From NCBI RefSeq assembly GCF_006345805.1, contig NC_043004.1:15252001-15316000 (forward strand): DNA of 64,000 bases, given 5' to 3'. A program made the translations under genes and the position numbers. This document shows, piece by piece, positions 54,844 through 64,000 of this stretch (positions within the stretch are counted from its first letter, which is position 1; each line of letters begins with the position of its first letter). Below the pieces are notes generated by a model that was given only the letters and a program-made list of their open reading frames with translations, made no database searches and had not been told where the DNA came from. Source of the DNA: Octopus sinensis (Eukaryota).

Positions 54844-55707
54844 ATCATATCAGGGTATTACAAATTTTAGAAAATTTTACTACCAGTGGCATAGCGTGTA
54901 GAAAAATTAGTCAATAGACTATATATTATTCATATAAATACAGTGTATTTATGGATATCTCTTATGTGTTTAAATGTACACTGTATATATATATATATAC
55001 CTACACACACTCACACATATACGGAAATGTATGCACACTCACATATATGAATATATGTACATATACATGCACATATGCATGTTCATGCGTCTGTATGTAC
55101 GTTCTTTAATGTATTTATACATATGCGTTTGAAAGTTTATATCTATCTTTACGCAGTGTATATTGTCGGAATATCTAAACACCAGGTAAAACCCATGAAC
55201 TCGGTGGGAATCCATTTGAGGGAAAGAATACCGAATGATATCTAACGAAGAAAAGTGGCTTCATACACTTCGGTTGTAGCGCATTGCCCATTATGTTCAA
55301 TGCTAGATTTCGACACATACTTAATTTATCGATTGGGAAAATATGAATGAAAGACCGTGTGAAGTCCGTGGGGAATATAGTTCAGAATGTAAAGTTTAAA
55401 TCCCATCAGACAGCAATAATAAAACTGTAACAATAATAATGATACAAATCTGCAAATATATAGGACAGAAATTATTACTTGATTCAATCACCCTCTACTA
55501 CTTTGCACAAATGACATCTAGTTTATTTATTTATGAGGTGCGAAAATAATCTGGCATCGTTTCAACAAAGAAATATTGTAAACTTCAGTTCAGATATACG
55601 AAGCTCAAGCAGCTAGCTGAATTGATAGTTCCATGAAATACCCTGTGGTATTTAGTTATGTCCCTTTAGTGTCTGAAATTCTATCTCAGCGGAGTCACTC
55701 CTTTGTA

Positions 55708-56137
55708 ACGCACACACGCACATATACACATGAGCACACACACACAACACTCATACATACACACTCACTCACACACGAATGTACAGAGATACTTGTAATA
55801 CATATATTCAATGATGCATACATACGTTTCTACATACATACTTATATACATACATGTACACGCACATATATATATATATATATATATACACACAGGCACA
55901 CATACATACATATATAATATATATATATATATATATACACGCAAACATACATATATATATACACGCAAACATACATATATATATACGTACATATATGTAT
56001 ATGGATGTACGTATGTATATATTCAGTAAAATCTTATACTAAAAGTTATATAATTTAAAATTTTTTAATTCTTTTCACCCTAATTCTGTGTGTGTGTATG
56101 TGTGTGTGTGTGTATTGTGTATGTGTGTATGTGTGTG

Positions 56138-56222
<85 letters not shown>
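55708..56222. repeat. Compound (CA)/(TA)/(TG) block including a 24-bp tandem pair
   Basis: Direct. acacgcaaacatacatatatatat occurs twice at ~55937-55984. Confidence 0.9.
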
Positions 56223-56225
<3 letters not shown>

Positions 56226-57105
56226 AAATAATGCGATTAAAACTTTTTTCCTCCATCGAAGTTTTCAGATTCCTTAGAGTGTTCGAAAGAAATGAGTAAT
56301 GCCTTGTGGAATTTAACTAAATTCTACATTCTATTTTCAAGTAACATCGTGGCTATATTGGGATTTGTTATTTTTCTAGCAATACTGAAGAACTAGAGTT
56401 AATGATCTCAACATGATCTCTCACCTGAATATTCTTTAAATTAGAAACTGTTATCACTTCCGGATCTTTACGCCCTGAATTCAAACGCTGTTGATATCAA
56501 TTTTGAATTTCTATGTTCATGGTTGATAAAACTAAATATTAATCAAGAACCGGGGTGGGGTGACGAAATCAAAGGATCCCCTCCTCTCAACATTTCGGGC
56601 ATTGTTCCTTTATCGAAACTGTTAGAAAACACAGTAAAGCAAAGATGTGAAAAAATCAGTATATCTTTTAGTAATTACTTGCTGCAGGAAAACTTCGATT
56701 TTTACATCCACATCTCTCTGACATCCTGTTGTACGAAAACATGAATATATACGAAATTAGATGAGGAAAAAAAACATAAAGTGACAAAATTAATTAATTT
56801 TGCAATTAAATAAATCAACCAAAATTAGTCGAAATTGAGGCTATAGTAATAAATGAAATGAAGAAAAATATTCATTTTCACGAAACTACTTTGTACTATG
56901 CTATGACAATAATAAACTCAACGACGGTATCTGTTAATAATTAGATATAACTATGGTAGGTGTCAGTCTTATGTTGAATGGTATTATGTATAGTATACTG
57001 GTAATATTCGTGAGAAGACACATACCAGCCCGGAATGTATTTAGAAACCTACGTAATGTATCTCTGGAAAACATTTCTCTGGCATGTCCCAGTTATGTTT
57101 ATATT

Positions 57106-57314
57106 CATTTCAAATTTTGGCATGAGGCTAGCAGTTTCAGGGAAGGGGGCAAGTCGATTATGCAGATCCCTAGTACTGGTACTTATTTTATTAACCTCTA
57201 AACGAAGAAAGAAAAAGTCGACCTCGGTAGACTTTGAAATCAGAATGTAAAGATGGACGAAATGCCGCTAAGCAGTTTGCCTGGTGTGATAATGATTGCA
57301 TCAGCTCACTACCT
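57106..57314 (-). mobile_element. SINE family A copy with degenerate 14-bp TSD
   Basis: aagtcgacctcggtagactttgaaatcagaatgtaaagatggacgaaatgccgctaagc. Flanks gttatgtttatatt (57092-57105) and gttacgtttacatt (57315-57328). Confidence 0.88.
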
Positions 57315-60300
57315 GTTACGTTTACATTGTCACCATTAGTTAAAAGTGCGGAGTGCCCAAAAATTTTCTGATTTAAGAATGATAACTTGCAAGATCTCAT
57401 TATTGCTATTTGCTTTCGTTATTCATATGTTGGATTCGTTACCTGAGTCCATTTATTCTTATATAATTTGAATTACGTAACAGCTAACTATGTTCAAAAT
57501 TAAGGTGTGCACACTCTCAAATATCTAGCTGTGTGCTTTAGTTAGAAGTCATTATTAGTATTTATAGTTAGAACGGCGGAGTGGCATCAACATAAGAGCA
57601 CGTGTCAAAATGACTTACAGTATTTAAAATCGATAACATCAGTATGACCTTTTACTCTTCTGGGTTATATAACAGGCGGAAGCCGTCAACTGCCGATTTC
57701 GATTTAATCCACTATGCTATTTTGTGTCACAAATCCACATGGAATGTGTCTAAGCAAGTAATCAACATGAACATAATTAATTTCCAAACATATCTGAATT
57801 GTAAAAAGCACGCGTTACTCACATGACGATATTTGAGTTTCGGAACTGTTCCTCGTGAAGAACAGAAACCTACATAAATCTCTCTTTCAAGTTATTTTAA
57901 CCGTCTAAAGACTGGTGTTTATACTATTCACTTCTATATTTCTTATGGTATTTAGCAGCAATTATCCTAGTTATGACCATGTTCATATTAATATTCAAAT
58001 TCTTGCGTAGTTACTAGATATATACCGGGTTCGATCGAATCTACTGTAACCCTCTATAAAGTGTTTCATTGTTTGTCCATTTAAAATAATGTATATTAAT
58101 ATTAACCCTATAGTTTTCTTCCAACTTCCTGCGTTAGCTTCAAATTCAAGATTACATTGACCGCTCTCAAGTTAAAATAGTCAGAAGCATGCATAAAATT
58201 TGTAAATATTCTGCTAACACTAGTGTTGCTAATATTTCCCATACAGTTATATAAAGGGATGCCAACAGTATTATCTAACATAATTCACTATATCCAAATA
58301 TTGTACGAACTAATATGTCCTGCGTGATATATAGAGATTAAATTCCGTGACAGCGTTATATCTATAAACAACGCCAATTCTATGATCTAGCGCCAGGAAG
58401 ACCATCTGGTGACCAGCTCTACAACTACCACACTTACAACCCCACCTCCAAATCTCCATTGTTAATCCCCCAACAACTGTTCAGATTGTCAACGTTGTTG
58501 CTGGCAATTAAGAAATGTAGTTAACGATGCTGAATCACATCTATCAAACAGATGACGGAGATATTCCTGATAATTTTTTTATCGATCGCTTCTATTACAT
58601 ATTAGATAGAATAAAGATGCGCAGTTGTTATGATAACGACGATAATGACAGAAGAAATTACCATAGCAGTAACCATAATGGCAATGATGATATCATTTCT
58701 TTTAATATTTTGCAGTGGGACAAACCCATTCTACATGGCAAAGTTTACACTACATCAGACCCACCGGAGTAATAATTTTTCGTTTGTCATATCGACCCAG
58801 AGGAAATTTAAAAAATCGAGTTTCTGAATGAACTCAATAGAATACTGCAACATTTTAACCAGCATTCCACTGAGAAGCCATGCCTTAACAACCTTATTGT
58901 TTATATTTAAAATGATTTTAAAGAAATATACCTCTTACTACTGTGTTTATATTATCAGTAGCATTTCATAAAACCAAAGATGGATACAATTAGCAGTGAA
59001 GAAATGTTTTCAGATGGAAATGTGTTGTCAGTGTACAACACATTTTTCGTTTATTGACAACTCGAGCTATTTACTAAGAATAAACATTGAAATTAATATT
59101 TTCGTCGTCCTGATTTTAGATAGTTCTTCTAAACATGTCAAAATTGCATTCGACAAATAACAGTGTGAAACGTTGATGATTGAAAAATCGATAAATGTAA
59201 GCGTGGCCTAGCAATTAACAGCATGCAGCAAGAGCTGTGGAATACGAATGTCGTCAAAACGCTGGAATAATATAATGTATATAGTTTCACAGAAACATGA
59301 TGTGAGACGGTAAGATAAGATGCGCAATTGCAAAGTCAGAATGAGCATTAGCACCACTCGCTACATCAGAGTTCCGGAAAGCAAAGTAGAAAAATAGAAA
59401 ACACACACACAAACACACACACACACACACACACACACGCATCTGTGTGTGTATGTGCTCGCTTTAGTGCAATTAAAAGCTGAAATTGTTTGACAAACAA
59501 CCAATATTAACTCATGTGAATTTCCGTTTCTATATTATAATTTTATCCCGTGTAGGTAAATCCCAGATTTGTTTATCCACAGTATGTATGTATGTATATA
59601 TGGATGGATGCATGTATATATGTATATATATGTGTGTGTATGTATGGGTATATATATATATATACATACAAACACATATATATATAATATATGTATGCTT
59701 ATATATATTATACATATATAATACATACGTATGTATGTACTCATATACACACACACACATATATACATGTATATATGTGAACATGAGAGGTTGAATATCA
59801 GATGTTTACTTAGAGTATTTTACCAAATTTTTATTAACGCAAACTGTTTATTGTTAGAATAAAGCAAAATTACAAAATTCGGAATCAGCATTTGCTACCA
59901 AATAATCGGAGACGTTTAAGAATGAAAAGTAATGAACTTAGAGTACACATGTGCTAGTAGGAGCGATCACTGGGAAATGATTCGTGGCCATATTAAATAC
60001 CAAGTGGCGGTAAAACTACATTTTCAAGAAATAATGAAATAACACAGCAGATATTTTACAACAATATGATAAAACATATATCAGGAGTGTTTTCAAGACG
60101 TCTATGAAGTATATGTGATCATTTTCTTAGTGACAGTTTTATTGTTGTTGAGTGTTTCAAACATTCTCATCAAACGCTTTCTTATACTTTTTGTCGTTTT
60201 CCGCTGTGACAATTTATAGCACGCCCCGCCAACTACCGATTCACTACTCTCACGATCTATCTTGTCGATCACCAGTACAATTGTCACATGTTTTCTCTAA

Positions 60301-60329
60301 CTATATATATATTATATATATATATATAT

Positions 60330-60492
60330 ATTCCTCTCCATGTTTTTTTTTTCTCTCCTTGTTTTTTTCTGTGTCCCTTTCTGTAGAAGAGCGTAGGCTC
60401 GAAACGTAAAAGAGCGTTATACTAATACATCTGTTTGTTTTGTACACCACCTGTCTTCGTCTTTTATTTTTTTTTTTCGTAAAATCACACTG
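60330..60492 (+). mobile_element. Penelope pseudo-LTR-like relic between (TA)n tracts, carrying the best-preserved HHR-like motif
   Basis: Motif at 60377-60412. Downstream gagcgt..aatac..cacctgtcttcgtc resembles 15086-15125. Confidence 0.65.
60377..60412 (+). ncRNA. Minimal type-I hammerhead ribozyme-like motif (variant core)
   Basis: CUUU-CUGuAGA-A-GAGC guag GCUC-GAAA-CG-UA-AAAG. Stem I CUUU/AAAG, stem II 4 bp, palindromic stem III ACGU, triplet GUA. A6 is replaced by U and there is one extra A. Confidence 0.65.
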
Positions 60493-61124
60493 TATATATA
60501 TATCATCCAAGCATTTTATTTCTCTGGCAATTTCACAGCAGGTATGGTTTACACAATTTGTAGTTTTACTTTATGTGAACAATAAATAATCCCCCTATGC
60601 TAAAGAGAAGTGCGTTAGATGACACGCACAACCTGTCATATTTTGTTTTCTTTCCCATATATGTATATACGTATGTACACACACACACATATATATATAT
60701 ATATATGTGTGTGTGTGTATATATAAATATATATGTATATTTATATATATATATATATATATGTCTATATATATATATGTGTGTGTTTATATATATATAT
60801 AGTGTAGAATTTACGAACCGTTTGACCATCATCACAAACTCCTCGAAGTGTGTAGATGGATAATTTTGACGTAGTGGTAAATAGGTTAATAAACCTTATA
60901 CTGTTTCGTATTCAAGGAAGCGTCCAATTTCAGCCAAATGTTGTGATACAAATTACTTTTAGATATGTGTAAATAAATCATAACTTATAAAGAGACAAAG
61001 TAATATTTGCTTATAATTTAACTACGAAGCCAGCAACTTTCCAGGATTTGGTACCACAGGATTTTTTACTTGATGCTTTAGATTCTATCAATCTGCCGCC
61101 GCTAAAAGTGAAACATTAGTAGTA

Positions 61125-61347
61125 CAGTAAGCCCGCGCCATATCGCGGTTCACCTATCGCAGTTTAATTTTTAAACTTACGTCGATTCCTCTGTGGTGTT
61201 CTTTTGCATTCATGATAAAATATATATATACAAATTACAAAAATAATGTTAAAGAGTATAGTGTACAGTACTGTTTCGGCTTCCCGAATTTTCACCTTTT
61301 GCGCAGGGTTTTGGAACGTAACTCCTGCGATAGTTGGGAGATTACTG
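61125..61347. mobile_element. Tigger/pogo-type MITE (223 bp) with TA TSD
   Basis: TA|cagtaagcccgcgccatatcgcgg ... ctgcgatagttgggagattactg|TA, plus a subterminal ggaacgtaactcc motif typical of Tigger-like ends. Confidence 0.8.
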
Positions 61348-62052
61348 TAAACGAAATTGCGTAAACTTTCCCAATGTCTTGATAGATTTTACAACATTAA
61401 ACTGTATTTGTGGAGATGTAAGTTGGAAATGTCCGTGCAAAAAGTTGCCCGGAGATTGGATTTCATTACAATAAGAAAACCTTATACCAAATTTCATAAG
61501 GAAATGGTTCATATAGCAAAGGAAAATAAATGCTTTCAAAGTATGATAAAAAAAATTACATATTTTTTAAATGTGAATAACTCGAATAACAAGTGTAAAA
61601 GGACTTGGATATAATCCGGCTTATCGATTTTATTCATTGTCACTAGTGAAAGCTAAATCAGATTGATGTATGTAACAACAGTATAGACACTTGGTAGCGG
61701 ACTTCAAAGACCTCATAAAAAGATAATTTACGTGTGCTATGAATACGCATAGATTAAAAGGAGAACATATACACAGGTACTAGAAAACAAAATGAACGAC
61801 GATATATATATATTCTGTTTATATATATTTATATATATTCTGTTTATTTATCATTTCGTACTTTATTTAGTTCTAGGTAATAGTTTTATCGAAACTTTAA
61901 TTTTTTTTCTATATGGTATGATTTAAACATATCATTGTTGAGTTGCTACATGGGGGTTCTTCTCTAATTTATATACATGTATTATATATTGTGAAATTTG
62001 ATTTAGTATTATTAAATTGAATTTTTCCCTGTAAGTTTGGAATCATATTCCC

Positions 62053-62179
<127 letters not shown>

Positions 62180-62613
62180 TGCATTGTAAATAAACAACGA
62201 CTGATAAAAAGCGTATACGTTACTGAGTGTAGAACCGAACGGTAGACAGATATAGTGGATCCCTAATTCTTCAACAGTTATGAACCAAACTTGTAATACT
62301 TAGTTTCACACCAACTGGGTATTACCGTTTGGTTGATAACTGGTAGAGAATTAAGGACCCTTTGTGTCTATCGCCCATCCAGTTGTACACTCAGTATACG
62401 TATACGTTTTCTTTCTGTCGTTCTTTATTTACAATGCATTTTATTTCGTATATTAAGAAGAGGTAGGCAACGTACATCCGATTTAGTCCTCAAAATGGGG
62501 AAGCAATTTGAACCAACTGTAAACAACAGATTTATGCGGTTGCACCGAGCTGTGCTGATATGATGTACGATAAATATTTATAAATTCTATTCATGGATTA
62601 TGCATATTCTATT

Positions 62614-62616
<3 letters not shown>

Positions 62617-62673
<57 letters not shown>

Positions 62674-62726
62674 GGTAGATCTATATAAGTGTATGTATGT
62701 CTGTATATATATATATATGTATGTAT

Positions 62727-62775
<49 letters not shown>
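62617..62775. repeat. (TA)n/(TATG)n block
   Basis: Direct. Confidence 0.93.
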
Positions 62776-62776
<1 letters not shown>

Positions 62777-62998
62777 AATGTTGCCCAAAAGTCAACCGAT
62801 ATTAATAAAAATTTCCGTAAATACTTAAATCTCAATTTTATTTATTCATTCCAATTATGAATGCCTGATAATTGAATGTTGTGAGTTAAAATCACCGTTT
62901 TGTTTTTCAAAATTTGATTAATATAAAATGTTCTTTTATTTTAATCTTGGAATTAAATGGATTTCAATCTACTGCCAGGTGACTTATGTCACTTGGCA

Positions 62999-62999
<1 letters not shown>

Positions 63000-63092
<93 letters not shown>

Positions 63093-63175
63093 GTTTGTAT
63101 GTATGTATGTATATATGTACGTGTGTATATATATATATTTATGTATATGTATAAATATGTATGCATGTATATGCC
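63000..63175. repeat. (TA)n/(TATG)n block
   Basis: Direct. Confidence 0.95.
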
Positions 63176-63283
63176 TATGAGTATTCGGTGTCATTAATGT
63201 AAATCAATATTATCGGTACTAGATTATCATCGTTTTGTGTGTGACTCCTTCAAAAAAGCGAAAACTACTGACTTTATGTTATT

Positions 63284-63517
63284 TCTTTATTTCCCACAGG
63301 GGTCTAAATATAGATGGGATAATCAAGGACAGACGAAGGGATTTAGTCGATTACATCGACTACAGTACTTAACTGGTACTTATTTAATAGACCCCTCCCT
63401 CGAAAGAATGGAAACCAAACTCGACCTCGGTGGAATTTGAACTCAGAACATAACGGCACACGAAATACCGCTAAGCATATCACCCAGCGTGCTAACGTTT
63501 CTGCCAGCTCGCCGCCT
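63284..63517 (-). mobile_element. Full-length SINE family A, same subfamily as 33028-33259, with ~18-bp TSD
   Basis: Head aaggcggcgagctggcagaaacgttagcacgctggg on the minus strand. Shares the cccaca..gg.ctaaa.a.aga..gga...caaggacagac tail. TSD tactgactttatgttatt (63266-63283) vs tactgcctttatattatt (63518-63535). Confidence 0.92.
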
Positions 63518-64000
63518 TACTGCCTTTATATTATTGATTCTTCCGCATGTTCTCTTTTTCTAGCACAAAGGCTATCATATAAATAGCCATTTCTTTTCTC
63601 TAACAATAGGCAAGTTTTACATATCCAATAACCATACGATTCAGCAATGCCAGGGTCTTTCCAGATTGATATTTCATTGCCTTGTATATTTATTTGCTCT
63701 TCTGTTATTACGGTTCTGGTTGGTTAGTATTGCTTACACTTGCAATATATAGCAACAATCAGAATTTCTCCACTGGGCTGTTGATTGCTAAATATCTCGT
63801 TCTGATAATGTTTGCCTTATTCGGCATTTGGTCGAGACCTTTGCATCATTTCCGTCACCGTTTATCTCTCGGGAAAACCGCCTTTGATCTGCTTTGTTAC
63901 AACCTTTGTTGAAAAGTTCTAAATTCGATTCTTCGGTTCATGAATCTAAAGTAAACGTCTCTTGTAGCTGTGTGGAGTGCTATGTTTTTCATGCAATGTT

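Noticed and set aside
59330-59375. Minus-strand CUGAUGu-A-GCGAGU possible hammerhead 5' half
   Set aside because: No GAAA or stem III downstream.
60143-60180. Minus-strand uUGAUGA-GAAugUUU-GAAA-CAC-UC hammerhead-like string
   Set aside because: Stem I does not pair, stem III is not palindromic and stem II is marginal.

Overview
Very AT-rich eukaryotic (animal) intergenic or intronic DNA, dense in (TA)n, (CA/TG)n, (TAGA)n and (GA)n microsatellites. I can support no host protein-coding gene, RNA gene or prokaryotic-type feature. Most ORFs in the track are microsatellite artefacts (YI, CV, HT runs). The repeat set resembles octopus (cephalopod) genomes, which is an inference from recalled repeat families. 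Recognisable content: many tRNA-headed SINE copies of about four families (several with target-site duplications, TSDs), an internally deleted mariner with ~115-130 bp TIRs and an open DNA-binding-domain ORF (24141-24945), a Tigger/pogo-type MITE, a decayed RTE-type LINE fragment, a perfect 209-bp tandem duplication and a near-perfect ~185-bp inverted duplication. The main signal is a dispersed set of at least five full-length and three partial minimal type-I hammerhead-ribozyme-like (HHR) motifs of the kind known from Penelope-like element pseudo-LTRs and retrozymes. Several carry an extra purine after the CUGANGA box. Most lie in or beside fold-back inverted repeats or (TA)n tracts, and three fold-backs break inside the motif. 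One copy (25193-25679) is a TSD-flanked ~361-nt unit with terminal redundancy, as if copied from a circular or tandem RNA. No copy has a fully canonical core, so activity is unproven. All alignments were done by eye.
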